A stretch of 64,000 nucleotides of DNA from Lepidodermella squamata (lineage: Eukaryota > Animalia > Gastrotricha). The stretch spans positions 124,001 through 188,000 of the forward strand of contig JBLDXI010000020.1 in the NCBI GenBank assembly GCA_047495785.1, read 5' to 3'. The first letter of the stretch is position 1. Each line of letters starts with the position of its first letter. The notes below the pieces were generated by a model. It worked only from the letters and a program-made list of their open reading frames with translations. It searched no databases and was not told the DNA's origin. Shown here piece after piece: positions 27,749-40,244 of this stretch. The position numbers and the translations under genes are program-made.

Positions 27749-29199
27749 CGGTAATACGGTAATAACCTCAGGTAAGAACCGGTTCGGATTCTCTGTTATG
27801 GCTAGGTTAGCGGTTAATTACGCCGCGTTTCAAAGCCAAGCTGTGCCAATAGCCAATAGCATTGAACGAAGCCAGCGAGCACGGACAACTGTAATATGAC
27901 ATTCTTGTACCACTGACAATCGCACTGACTTCAGGTCCTTGTTGGGATGACTTGGTCCTGTTAGATTGTCGTAAATTCAATCTCAGCAAATGAGTAAGCA
28001 GTGAGTAGACTTAAGACTCAACGAACTGCATTTTATCAAATAGAAAGGCTCGTAAATAGCGTAAATTTTAAATTAGATATAGATAGAGAATGAAGAGCGG
28101 AGCCATAACAGAGAAGCAGACACTAAAGCAAGCATAGGAGAATGATAGCGACAAAACCACCGACGGAACCATTCATCAAGCCACCGAGCCGGCCAAGGCC
28201 CAACTTGACTTTGCGACCCGCGTTAAACTGCGTGCTAAAAATACAAAATTCAGCATTTTCAGTTAAATTTCTGTTTCTAGGACGAATAATTATTATGTTA
28301 AAATTAAAGTGTAAACAAATTGATCCGCGGTCGGCAACGACTCATCTTTTTTATGTTTGTTGGTTTTTTTCTTGGTTTCTTTTACCGATATACCGACTTC
28401 ACTTTTTTCTTGTTTCTGGTGAACGAATTCTGGCCCCAACCTGAAGAGTCAGACTTCAAGAAGAATTCAAGGCGGTGCTATGTGTGCAAATCTACGCGTA
28501 AAAGTATGTCTACCGTTGCAATGCCTTTCCTTCTAATTGTCACTACTACCTGAGCTTGGGTTTTCATCGGTTCTGTCATTGTCATTGCTATTACCAAACG
28601 CGTCTCCTAAAGTATTGTTTTCTTGAGACATTAATAATGAATGATCATCAAGGCTCACGGAACATCGAGCAATTTTTTAGTTAATCCTGGAAACTGAGCA
28701 TTTAGTCTTCATTACATTGTTTTCTTCATGTTTGTTGTCTATTTAAAAATGTTATTTGGTTGGAATGAATACTCAAATCAGATCGCATATCAGATTGCCC
28801 ATTCCGACTTCACATGGAAGGCTACGTGCTGCGTGATGTCAACTTTCAGCTTATTGCGATTTTTTATCTTTATCTGTGTTTTCTATAGAATTTAAGTTCG
28901 AAATTTTGACTTGAAGATCCACCTTTCTGCATTACTGATTTCGATAGGTATGTCTCTCAGTTCTAGCCTGCCCTTTCGTTGCCTAGATGTGAAGCCTGAG
29001 TAGGTAATGATTTATTGGTAGACTGCTCTCTGCTATCTCAATATGAAGCTAAGATTCTGTATTTCGGCTTACGCCCAGCAGAAATACACCAAATTGCTTC
29101 TAAATTATCGGTTTTCAATGTTGTAGCTGGGAAATATAAGAATTTGCTTTACCAGTTATTTATTAAAACTACACGAAAGATATGCTTTAATCATTCCAG

Positions 29200-29457
29200 A
29201 TGGCGCGATATCCAAATACTCTGCAGCGGCGAGAGCGATTCTTTGATAGGTTGCATCGGACTGTCGTGGGATCACTGATGGTTGCTACTTTATTCGGATC
29301 GCTATTTCTCGGTTATCAAGTGTACGATTACTTTGAACGCGTGAGACCCATGCGTTTAGAGCAGTGGCGCGAGGGTAAAGCGCACGAGCTCTCCGAGGAA
29401 CAGAAGCTCAAAGAACAAGAGCTAGCCAAACTTCAAAAATCGGCCGAATCAAAATGA
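29200..29457 (+). CDS. COX14: COX14-like single-TM cytochrome c oxidase assembly factor
   Basis: 85 aa with one TM segment, D.LHR.VV..L...TLFG...Y..Y.YF pattern and a charged tail; AG immediately before the ATG. Confidence 0.6.
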   Translation: MARYPNTLQRRERFFDRLHRTVVGSLMVATLFGSLFLGYQVYDYFERVRPMRLEQWREGKAHELSEEQKLKEQELAKLQKSAESK

Positions 29458-29548
29458 TATTATATGTTTTATATTAAATGTTCAGCCCCCGGTACATTGG
29501 AAATTGAATCAACTTATTTATTCAACATAGTGCATTAACTTATACTAA

Positions 29549-30303
29549 ATGGCTACGACATCGTTTGTTATTAGTAACTCGAGAAACTCATTAACCACTG
29601 ATCGCCGTTTTACCAATGACTCGAGTATCGGAGTACTCAAAGGGAAACTTGAACTTCTGACCGGAATCATGATGCAGGAAATGAAGCTTGAGGTCTATGA
29701 CCAAAAAGATCAACTAATTGCGACGCTCGATGACGATAATACTTACCTCGGTCACTACCAATTCCCTGATGGAGTGCGATTACATGTGATTGATGTGACT
29801 AATAAGGTTATAAACATGGAAGAGGAATTGTCTAAAGTCAAGAAATTCGAGTTGTCTGACGAAGATTACGCTAAAAGGTTGGTTTAGATTATAGTGATTC
29901 CCTCACTTACCCAAGTGTTAATACCTGAAGGGAAGGAACTGTTCGACAATTTAAGGAGAAAATGAAGTTGAACAATTTCGATGCTGAGAAGCAAGCCAAA
30001 GCAGAAGAGCGCGAAGCTGCCGAGAGGCAACTAGGCTCGTCGATGAAGATTGGCGATCGGTGTGAAGTGGCTGTCGAGGGCCAGCCTACCCGCCGTGGAG
30101 CTGTTGCATTCGTTGGCGAGGTCGATTTCAAGCCCGGCCAGGTGTGGGTAGGCATTCGCTACGATGAACCCTTCGGCAAAAACAACGGCACTGTTCAAGG
30201 AAAAGCTTATTTCTCATGTCCGGATAAGTACGGTGGCTTTGTGAGGCCATCTGCCGTTACAGTCGGCGACTTCCCGCCTTTAGATGACTTGGACGAAATT
30301 TGA
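29549..30303 (+). CDS. TBCB: Tubulin-folding cofactor B (UBL + CAP-Gly), 2 exons
   Basis: LKGKLELLTG, LHVID, IGDRCEV, WVGIRYDEPFGKNNG.V.GK.YF.C, VGDFP..LDEI. Confidence 0.96.
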
Positions 30304-30544
30304 GATGCGACTTAGACCTGTGTGATGATGCACGATTCACCAACATGAAGCTCATTATCTGGATCTTAACCGCACTAGTTTTTTATGTTGGATGTGCGCA
30401 AACGAGTTATCAATAGCATTTTTACTATTTATTCTCTCGCTCTGTGATTATCGCCTCCGAGTGTTGCGAATGATGAAATCAGTCATTATCATTATGTATC
30501 GTTATTCTTTTTAGGAGTTTTAACTGTATCTGTGTGTAGCAAAT

Positions 30545-30991
30545 ATGCCGAACAAGCGCCGCGATTCATCTGACGAGTCAGAGGAGGAAATTGTCGACTC
30601 TGATTCCAGCTCAGAAGCCGAGGCTCCGAAAAAAACGAAAAAGACGAAGCACAGCAGCGATTCCGGCTCTGAAGAAGTCGAAGCAGCGCCTAAAACGAAG
30701 AAGTCTAAGAATGGCGACAAGGATGATGCGAAGAAGCCGGCTAAGAAGGATGAAAAGAAGTCGAAGAAAGATGAGAAAAAACCTTTCAAGGGCGAGTTGG
30801 GTAAGATGAAGTTTGTGACGATTTCCAATTTCAAAGGCAACAAGTACGTCGACATTCGCGAATGGTACACGGACAGAAGCACCGACGAAGACAAGCCCGG
30901 CAAGAAAGGCATCGCACTTGACCTGAACCAGTGGGCTAAGTTCAAGGCTATCATCGAAGAGGTTGATGCCGCCATCGAGGCTGCCAAGTAG
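30545..30991 (+). CDS. SUB1: Transcriptional coactivator PC4/SUB1
   Basis: Ser/acidic and Lys-rich N-terminus; FKGNKYVDIREWY...KPGKKGIAL...QW. Confidence 0.95.
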   Translation: MPNKRRDSSDESEEEIVDSDSSSEAEAPKKTKKTKHSSDSGSEEVEAAPKTKKSKNGDKDDAKKPAKKDEKKSKKDEKKPFKGELGKMKFVTISNFKGNKYVDIREWYTDRSTDEDKPGKKGIALDLNQWAKFKAIIEEVDAAIEAAK

Positions 30992-31200
30992 TTGGACGCA
31001 AAAAGCGACTAGATCTGATAAAAAGCATATACGTTATACGTAGTGACAACTTATCAATCAAATATGCTCAACAGACATTTATCTTTGATTTCCACTCCGG
31101 TTTTTTGAATCTCGTTTTGTGAATGACATTTGATAACACCGTTTAAATGATTATATCGAATTTTCGTAGGCCTTAAATTTTATTTCGTTTCTCTCGCAAC

Positions 31201-32299
31201 ATGTCTTTTGCTGCTTTCGACGAAGCTCCGACCAACGGCGCCGATCCATTTGCCGGTGGCGAAGAGGCCGACCCAGCGGCTGACTTTTTGGCGCGCCAGC
31301 AAAATCAAATGGCAGATCTGGAAGGTGCTAACGATTCTTTCCACGACGATTTGACTCATAACAACGGCAACAATGGCAACAACGGCACCGATGGTTACTA
31401 CGAGGAGGAGGTGCCGACGAACGGCAACGGCGTAGAAGATTCGCCCCAAAACGGTGGAATTTCCACGGTGAGTTGCGTCGAGCTCTCTAACGTGTGCTTT
31501 TGTTGTTTTCGGTGTGTGCTTGTGGCGTGAAGATGGCTTCGAGGTGGTAGAACACTCGGATGATGTAGACTTTTTTGGCGGCGGCGGCGGCGGCGGCGGC
31601 GACGCTGGAGCTAGTGGCTTTTTGCGAGAACCCGCCGCCGTGGCAGACGTCGAGCCCGCCGCCGGCGAAGCTGGTTCGCCGAGCGACGTGAGTTTTGCAT
31701 GCGCTACTCGATCGGACTTGGCTTATAATCAATAATTATTAGCAGCTTAGCTTTCGCAGTAGACTTTCTAACAATCCTATAAGCTATCGATTTGCTTCAT
31801 TAGCCCTTGTTTTTTCTGGCATTGACTCATTTTTTGTCGTGTATTTCCATATCATCAGAACGACTTCTACAGTGCCATTCAGCGCGAAGACCGCATGGCT
31901 CGCGAGCCTGAAAAAATCAAACGCTGGCGTGAGGAATTCGTTCAACGCATCACGGACAAAGACGCTGCCGAAGAGAAGAGGCGCCACGACTTACGGGAGG
32001 CTGCCGCCAAGGAACTGGTCGACTGGCAGCGTCACTACGAAGAACAAATGGAGCGGCAGCGGGCCACTAACCGCGACGCCGAACTTGCCTTCATCAAGCA
32101 GCGCGACGAAACCACGCCAGGCTCAGAGTGGGAACGTGTTTGCTGGCTTTGTGACTTCAACCCAAAAACCTCGAAACAGGTCAGTTTTTAGTTGCTTGAA
32201 CTAGTTTTTCATTGAAATGGATTTTTGTGCTAGGTGAAAGACGTCTCGCGTATGCGTGGTCTGTTGCTGCAGCTCAAGCAGGGGCAAACGACTAATTGA
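31201..32299 (+). CDS. CLTA: Clathrin light chain
   Basis: EEADPAADFLARQQ, EPEKIKRWREE, PGSEWERV..LCDFNPK, KDVSRMR.LL.QLKQ; exons 31201-31467, 31859-32179, 32234-32299. Confidence 0.93.
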
Positions 32300-33029
32300 A
32301 CACTTATCGCAATCTAATACGTTGTCAAACCGAAATGATCGATGTCTTTTCTATCTATATTCAATATTATTACAATGACGATTGACGAAAAAGCAACATG
32401 TTGTTGTAATCATTAACAATAAAACATTCTACAGCAACTACTGAACTAATCAGCGTGCGATTCTCGCTCTGACTCTGTGTATTATTCGCTATAAAAACAC
32501 TCAAATATTCTAGGCGTCGGCTCTAGAGAGCTTTTGCATTGCTAATACCTAATATTTTTACTAAAAACCTAAGCACACATTTTGATACTTGTGCACCGTT
32601 ATTGTAACGAGACGCATGATCAAGGGTGATGATGATCCAGTGGCGCTAATTCGGTTCTATTGCCGGCAGTTTTACGTGTTGTGAATCGTCGCGTCGGTGT
32701 CAGTCTGTGTTCGTGAGTTGCAAAGCTACCCCCAACGTGATTTTACTGCTTGCGCGTTGTGTGCATTCTACTTGTAAAGTGCGAATGAGCCTGGTAAATT
32801 ATCCGAAATTTTCGTTCATAAATTATGTAACTGGAGAAAATCCTTTGAAGCTATAACATTTATTGCTTATTGATCGAAATGAGAATAATTTGAATGGTTA
32901 ATAATTAAATTATCGTTATTAATGTGTAATAGAATTTACTGCGCCTATTAAATGTAATAAAAGATGGAACTTCTACACTAAAATGTGGTTCTTTTGTTCA
33001 TTTCTATAGAAAACTGTAAAATTTCTGAA

Positions 33030-34160
33030 ATGGCTCAGTTAATGGTCAAGCTGTTCGAACCATCGAACGACACTGTAAATTGCATGATGCCCATAGCAGT
33101 TCCTTTTGAGCAGGCGTGTACCGTGCTGGATGTGAAGAGAAAACTCATTACTATGGAAGAAACGCCTCAAACTGCTCGGCAACTCGAAAAAATCCAATTG
33201 TCATTCGATGGGAGGGTTTTAGACGACAACCAGGATATATCGCAACTAGTGGCTGACTCGGCACTGATTTTCGCATTGGTTGGTACCTGTTTCCGGGAGG
33301 CACCGCCCCAGAAGAAGCCGTTGAAGTCGGTGTCAGAAATCGACATAACTCGTATTTTTAACGGTCTGCGCTTGTGCCTGAGTGAACGGACGAAGCGTCG
33401 CCGGCTTCACGTGACCTTGTTGAGCAAAGAGACAATCAAAGCTTTGCTGGTTGAGTTACCCGAACTGGGCGATAACCTCGAGGCTGTTGCGCTGTTAAAG
33501 CATCCGATGTTGATGTACCGAATGGCGGCAGCGTCTGACGAGTGTCACCGGCTCATCTCGAAGCATCCGGTTCTCGGCGAGGCTTTGTCACGTGTTCTGT
33601 CTCAGGTGGCCAATGCTGGGTCCAATGAAGAAAGCGGCGGATCGAGCGCGACGATGTTTAACGACCCTGTAGTTGCCCTGGTCACAGGCCTCGGGCTTCT
33701 CGAGGAAGAAGACGATGGCGGTCACATGGAGGCAATGCAGCGCGCTAGACAGCAGCGTCAAATGCAGCAACAGCGCCAGGCCGCGCAACGACAGGCCGCA
33801 GCTCGCCCACCCGGTCAGCAAAACCAACAGCAACAACAGCAACAGCAACCTGGTGGTCAGACCGCGATTTCCCCTCAGATGCTCACCAACGCTCTTTCAG
33901 CTGTTCTCCTTGGACTTGCCCAGCAGCAGCAACAACAGCAACAACAACCACCGTCGTCTGCAAACCCGGGTCCGCCACAACCGGCTCAGCCGATGTCGCC
34001 TCCGCCACCTGTTGCAGCGCCGCCCCAAGCCCGCTGGGCCGTCGAGCTGGCGACGCTGCGATCGATGGGCGTGCAAGACGAGGTTGCGCTGGCGGCGCTC
34101 GAAGCTTGCAACGGCGATGTCGAGGCAGCCATCAATTTCATTTTCAACGCTATGGAGTAG
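33030..34160 (+). CDS. UBL7: Ubiquitin-like protein 7-like (N-terminal UBL, Q-rich linker, C-terminal UBA)
   Basis: UBL (TVLDVK...L.FDGRVLDD), HPVLGEAL, ISPQMLTNAL, UBA LRSMGV...ALEA.NGDVEAAINFIF. Confidence 0.75.
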   Translation: MAQLMVKLFEPSNDTVNCMMPIAVPFEQACTVLDVKRKLITMEETPQTARQLEKIQLSFDGRVLDDNQDISQLVADSALIFALVGTCFREAPPQKKPLKSVSEIDITRIFNGLRLCLSERTKRRRLHVTLLSKETIKALLVELPELGDNLEAVALLKHPMLMYRMAAASDECHRLISKHPVLGEALSRVLSQVANAGSNEESGGSSATMFNDPVVALVTGLGLLEEEDDGGHMEAMQRARQQRQMQQQRQAAQRQAAARPPGQQNQQQQQQQQPGGQTAISPQMLTNALSAVLLGLAQQQQQQQQQPPSSANPGPPQPAQPMSPPPPVAAPPQARWAVELATLRSMGVQDEVALAALEACNGDVEAAINFIFNAME

Positions 34161-34281
34161 TTAATTTCAACACATCAACTATGATGCATGCTTTCCGCTT
34201 TGCTACGTTTACAAGTTTCGAAATAAAGTTTCGCGTAATTGGTGAAATGTTATTTTCGCTAGAAAATTTACGAGTAGTGTA

Positions 34282-35699
34282 ATGACGGAGTCAGATACTG
34301 TCGTTGAGCTGTTTGCTGGGATTGGTGGATGGCACAACGCAATCAACATGTCGAAAATTTGTAAAACGATTGCAAATTGTTATTCAGCGTTACATGATGT
34401 TTGTGATTTAGTTCATGAAGGGTCTGATGGCATCAAGCTCGACGTTACAGCGGTTGATATTAGCGACATAGTAACATTCTCGAAGTTATTCAATGTAAGG
34501 AAACTTAATCGGATTCCTTTAGGCCTGCAACATATATCGTCACAATTTCCCCGGCGTCAAAGTGTGTTGCAAGTCGATTGAGGTAAATATAATTTCTGAA
34601 AGATATAACTGCGTAATTATGAATAAAAGTCATTTGATTCATCGATTTTCGAAACAAAAGGTTCGAATAAACCGACTTCGATTTTAGCGATGAGCCCTCC
34701 TTGCCAACCGTTCACTCGAATTGGATTGAAGCGTGACTTGGATGATCGGCGAACGAATGGCCTCAAACACGTCTGTGATCTTCTTAGAAAGTTGAAGATT
34801 TAGAATTATCATAATTCGCCGCATAATCAGTTATGTTGCAGGTCTAAGAATGAGTGCCTTCCGCAAATGATTGTCGTGGAGAACGTGGCTGGTTTCGAAA
34901 CGTCATCAGCTCGCGATCTTCTAATCGAAACGCTGATTTCATGCGGTTATTCTTGGCGCGAATACCTGATTAGCCCGTTCGATCTCGGCGTACCAAATTC
35001 TAGAACTCGGTACTACCTCGCTGCTGGGAAACTTCTGAAAACTGAAGCGTTGGTCAGTGATAAGCCTCCAGAAATTCCGCCGTTTATCAACTCAGCCAAA
35101 GATCTAACTGAAAAGATTGACGCTGATTGCAAGCGGCGAACAGTAGCTGATTACTTGGATCCAGATGCGGAAAAATCGCCTGAGAAATACGCTTTGAAAC
35201 CGGAAAAACATTTGCGATACGCCAAGGTTATTGACATCGTCTCGGCGGACTGCACACGATCAATGTGTTTCACATCCAGTTTGTTTCTGTTGAGCGTTTT
35301 TCAATGGGGTCTTCATTGTGTTTCTAGGTTATGCCAGATATATGGAGGGTACAGGTTCGGTTTTGCGAACCTCAGCGCCACTCGATGCGAGATCTGATTT
35401 GGAAAATGTTGATAAGACGAGATGCGAAGTCACATTGGAAGAGCGAGAACGGCTGATAAACGCTGGTGAATTGCGTTTCTTTTCTCCGCGAGAAGTTGCC
35501 AATTTGATGTGCTTTCCCAACAATTTCGGTAGCTATTTTCTGACTTTGTGAAGTTTTTTTATACTCTTTTTTTATTTCAGAGTGGCCTACAACGGTGACT
35601 GATCGCCAGCTTTACAAATGTCTTGGCAATTCGATCAATTGTTTTGTTTCCGCGTGCATTGTTAAGGTTGCTGCTGAATTGTTTAAAAATAATCAATAA
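34282..35699 (+). CDS. TRDMT1: tRNA (cytosine-38) methyltransferase DNMT2, multi-exon
   Basis: ELFAGIGG, MSPPCQPFTRIG, ENVAGFE, PNSRTRYY, CFT..Y..Y.EGTGS, LRFFSPREVANLMCFP, LGNSIN. Confidence 0.95.
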
Positions 35700-36033
35700 G
35701 AAAGAAATAAACATGAATTTTATTACGATTTTTGACTTTTTGACTTACAATGCGACAAAAAATAAAATTGCATAAAATTATTGCGGAAGAGAATATAAGG
35801 CGAAGAATGCACTAAAAAACAAAGGTTCGCCGATCACCGGCTATGCAGATGAAGAAATAACCTATGCCATTGGAAATTGGAATAACGCATCTAATAGCTT
35901 AGAAATTGAGAGCACATTGCAACACCGCGTCGCAACATCAAAAAGGTACAACGACGATGAAAAAATGACATGGTTCTATTTTTGTATTACAGTAAATTTG
36001 ATAAAGTTGAAATGGTATAATCAAATGCGCCTG

Positions 36034-38782
36034 CTACGAGCATGGCTTTTTGACAGAGGCACTTGCACCGATTGGGTTGCACCGGAAGGTGTGCAATTTG
36101 CTGTCAGCGTGCTCGTCGAGATGCAGGCCGGCGGTTCGCATCGAGACATCTTCTTGATTACGCATCAGCCGGATAAGCTCGGTGATTCCGTCTACTATGC
36201 CGGATCCCGTCTTGGCGCTAGTTTCGATGAACAGCGTACCGTACGCCTCCGCCAACTGCTGACCGTCCTCGGTGCGTACTGTCCGCATGTTCTTCGACGC
36301 ACAGAACGGCCGAAGATCAGCCTTGTTTGCGCATATCATAATAGAAACATCAGCATCGCTCGAATCCTGAAAATTAAGACATTTAAAAATTATCCGCGAG
36401 ATTTTCACCAAATAGCTCATGGATATAGATTATCGACTTTCGTGTACATTCGATTCAATCGATAAAATCAAAAAAAGTAGTCAAATACCCTAACGATGGA
36501 GATCCAATCGCGCACACTGAGAAAAGTTTTCTCGCTCGTGACGTCGTAGACGAGTAACACGCCATCGGCTCGACGAAAATAAGAGCTATACCAAGCAAAT
36601 ATCAGCGTAAATAAATTTCTCAAGTCATGGTCGGAGCTTACCGAGCGAGGCTTCGAAACCGCTCTTGGCCCGCGGTGTCCCAGAGCTGAAGTGCAACTGT
36701 CCGTCGCTCGTCGTCATCGATCTGGAATAGGCGGGTGAAAAAGTCGACGCCAAGTGTCTTAAAAACAAAATTAGTTTTAATACAAATTAAGCTGTTAATG
36801 CCGCATAATTTCTTTACCGTAGGGAGGCTGCCAACGAACCGATCCTCGACTAGGCGCATGAGAATACTGGACTTGCCAACAGCCGAATCGCCAGCGAGCA
36901 CTACTCGGTATACTCGTTCGGGCTCGAGCGCCACCGTCGACACGACTTCGCCGCTTGGTGTCGAAGTCATCAACTCGTTTTGGCGCCTCGGGTCACCCCC
37001 GCCGAACACCGTACTTTCCGTGTAGATCGATGTCTGCCGTGGAAGCATCAGCATCTCTTCTCCGAAAGATGAAGCTGAACGATTGGCGCGCTGGTGGCCG
37101 ACCGATCCACTCATCGGGTCGCCGTCTTCATCTGCTATAGTCGCAGTTGGCTGCAGAAGTGAGTTCATTGAGCCAGCCCGGGGTCCCATATTGCCGCTCG
37201 TCACCGAGAGATATTGCTGGCGTGACTTTGTCGCAATCGGAATAGCACCCCGGCTGCGTGGAACTGAAACAGGTGAGAAGTCGTTGCTGGCGGCCACCGA
37301 TCCTGCGTAACGCCCTCCGGTCGATGCCGTCTTAGATTTGCGGAAATGCTGTCCAGGTGCTTCACCACTGCTGCCACGACTGGGTGGTCCACGATGGTGA
37401 TGATGCCGCCCCTCTTCGGGCGCTTCGCCCGCCGGCGATTCCACCGCTTGCTCGATATTATGAAGCGACTGCTGGAAACGCTCAAGTTTAAATGCTACGT
37501 GCTCAGGCAGATTGTTAGGATCGATGAACTCAGGCGGAGTAATTTCCCCGTTATTAGCGGCGTAATCAGTGCCCGCTAGAAGAGCCGCCAAGTTCGCCGC
37601 TTCAGCGTCATCCGTGTCAACGTGCTGGGTACGGGTAATTGCTGCCCTAGAGGGAGAATCGAACGTTGCACCAAGACCCGAATCTAGTTCAGCGCCAGGG
37701 CTAAGCGCATGTGATTGCGCGAGCAGTCGCTGATTGTAACGCTCTGCGTCGACAAGACTGTTGTTCGTATATCGGGAGGACCGTCGACTGGCATATGACG
37801 TGTCGTCATGTGCCCCGCCCGAATCAAGTTGAGAGATGTTGAGGTAGGAGCGCGAACGAGGAGTCCGGCCGCCGGCCATCGCTCCTACTTCAAGGGTGAG
37901 GTTTCGGTCTGGCGGTGGCGCGCGTTGTTGCTGCTCGAGAAGCTCCTGAACTTGCTTGCGGTATTCAGCAAGAGCTTGCTGTGCCGAGACCAGTTCGTGG
38001 CGCAATGACGCTGATTGATCAGCAAGCTCGGTTACCTGGAGTAACATATTAAAATTGTTACAATTTATACGGTTACAAGTTTTTTCATGCGTTAATTGTT
38101 TATCGTTTTATCGAAATTCATTCTACCTGCGAGCGCATCGTCACAAGCTCGTTGGGGGCTATAGATCCACGTCGAGCTGCTGTCGCGGACGTGGTCGCTG
38201 CCGCTTTGCTCATTCGCGCTGATTCTTCATTAAACTACGGAGGGAAATAAATAAAATGAATGCTTTCTTATGATGTTATGGTTTGTCCTACTTTCATCAC
38301 ACTCTCGTGCAACTCAGCCATTCTAGCTTCCATTTGCTTCCGTAGAGAATCCAACTCACGCTGATGCTTATCATTCAACTGTAACGAAGAAGGAGGTTTG
38401 GCAGTTAAAGTACACATAAATATTTCGCAATATGTAATATTTTAAACAATAAATGACTTCAACATGCCTCTTTCTTCACATTGACTTCCACATCTTTGAT
38501 TTGAGCTTCCACGTCGTTCTCAAGGTTCGACAGGTACATGTTATACTTCTGCTTCTCGCTGCGTAAGGTTTGCTCGAGCTCGGTTTTTTCCTTGTTGAAC
38601 GAATTCATGTCCCGAATTATCTTGCTTACCACTCCCTCGTACTTGTTAAGAAGCTCGAGATCGCCGCCGTCCTGTAACTGTTGATATATTTCGTAAATAG
38701 CCTCTTGGGAACTTCGGTCTAGTAGGTCGTAGTCGAGGCTCGTCTGCCCACCCGTCGCTTCCAGTGTCGTTCCGCCAGGCAT
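36034..38782 (-). CDS. RASEF: RASEF/Rab45-like large Rab GTPase (coiled-coil + C-terminal Rab domain)
   Basis: [59 protein letters not shown] and an N-terminal coiled coil; start codon uncertain. Confidence 0.8.
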
Positions 38783-40244
38783 TAGTAACCCAGCCCTATT
38801 AGCTAATACCAGAGAAATTAAGCGTGAAAATGCTGCCTACGCACTGATGAAACGGGTTCGCTTGAGGGAAGCACGTAACTATCGAATAAATGAGATACTA
38901 AAGCCTTCTTCAAGGCTGAGGGGTAATAAATTTCAGTATAGAGATGGAATGCTAAAGCGCATCGGAGCTATACGTGCTAGCTCTTAGCCTCTTAGAATCT
39001 TCCTATAGCGCAGCTGAATCCACACCAGAAGTTCCGAAAAGAGATGACTCATTATTTTTTACTAGAGGTATATCGCGCGAAAATTAAGCTAATACGCTTC
39101 GCTCATACAGCGTCGTCGGGCAGCTATGCTGCTATCAGCGGCATCCGCGGAAGACATGTTTTAAAGATCAATTATATGGGTTTTTGTTCCCGCATCGCTA
39201 TTTGCGATCTTCATGTCACGCAATACTCGTTCGGATAGTTGATTCTTACGCTGCATCTGTGCCGCTGTTAAGTGATGTACTTTAATCGAGCTGATCTATA
39301 TGTGCGCCGGTAGAGACCCCGGTAGAATCTGAGGCTTGAGGAAAAATTATTATCGATCACAAAAATTATCGGACAGCCGAATAATTACGAACGCATCAAT
39401 ACCTAAATGCGACTTTTCTTCTCATCAAATCAGTACCAGCATTACCCATGACCATATTGCATTTAGCTCAGCAATGCTTTCATAATAAGTTTTACAAAAA
39501 TGACAAGATTGTAAAATACAATCTGGCAACTTGGCAGCCTGAAATCAGCGTACATCAGAGTAACTCAGGATTTATTCATTCCATATATTTCACGTTGACC
39601 AAGACATGTTATTGAGACTGGAATTGCTTGTGGCGAGTTATTAATGTCACAAATTCCTAGAATTTTAAAAATTAAGACACGCATGAAAAGGCTCCGTATA
39701 AGTACAGATGCGTTACACATTTGAGGTGACTACACATTACTAAATGAACGCGAATAATCGATTTTTCAAAATCTTATCCAGCCTTCCATATGCATTCGTG
39801 TGTTAAATCAACCGCGGAGCTACTATCAGGATTCAGGATATCCTAGCCATGTCATGCATTTTGTAGCACGGCCGCATGTTGGCGAAAATACGCGCGCTGT
39901 CAAGTCACCCGGTGAATAGTGAAAGCGATTTTGTCGCTTGCTATTAAGTCGCCACACATACTTTTATTTTCCCATCAGACGCACAGCGAATAAATGTATG
40001 TAATGCCTGATGGTTTTCTCGTTTTAACCTATAAGCCCGGTTATTTGCTAATTATGGCAAGCCAACTTTATTTACAGCTTGCAGTAATTGGTTCTTGGCA
40101 AAAGTGACACAGTTAAACCGCCAAATTTATTGTGAACAATAAAAAAGTTACACGTTATATGTACATTACACAATTAAGTGCTGACAACTTAAATTAAATA
40201 TTCGGTGTAAGCAATAAAGATTCATTGTCACTTCAAGCCATGTT

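Noticed and set aside
28320-28553. KNSRRCYVC...RK / VYRC resembles a piggyBac Cys-rich tail remnant
   Set aside because: Too short and frameshifted, with no catalytic domain or TTAA-flanked TIRs.
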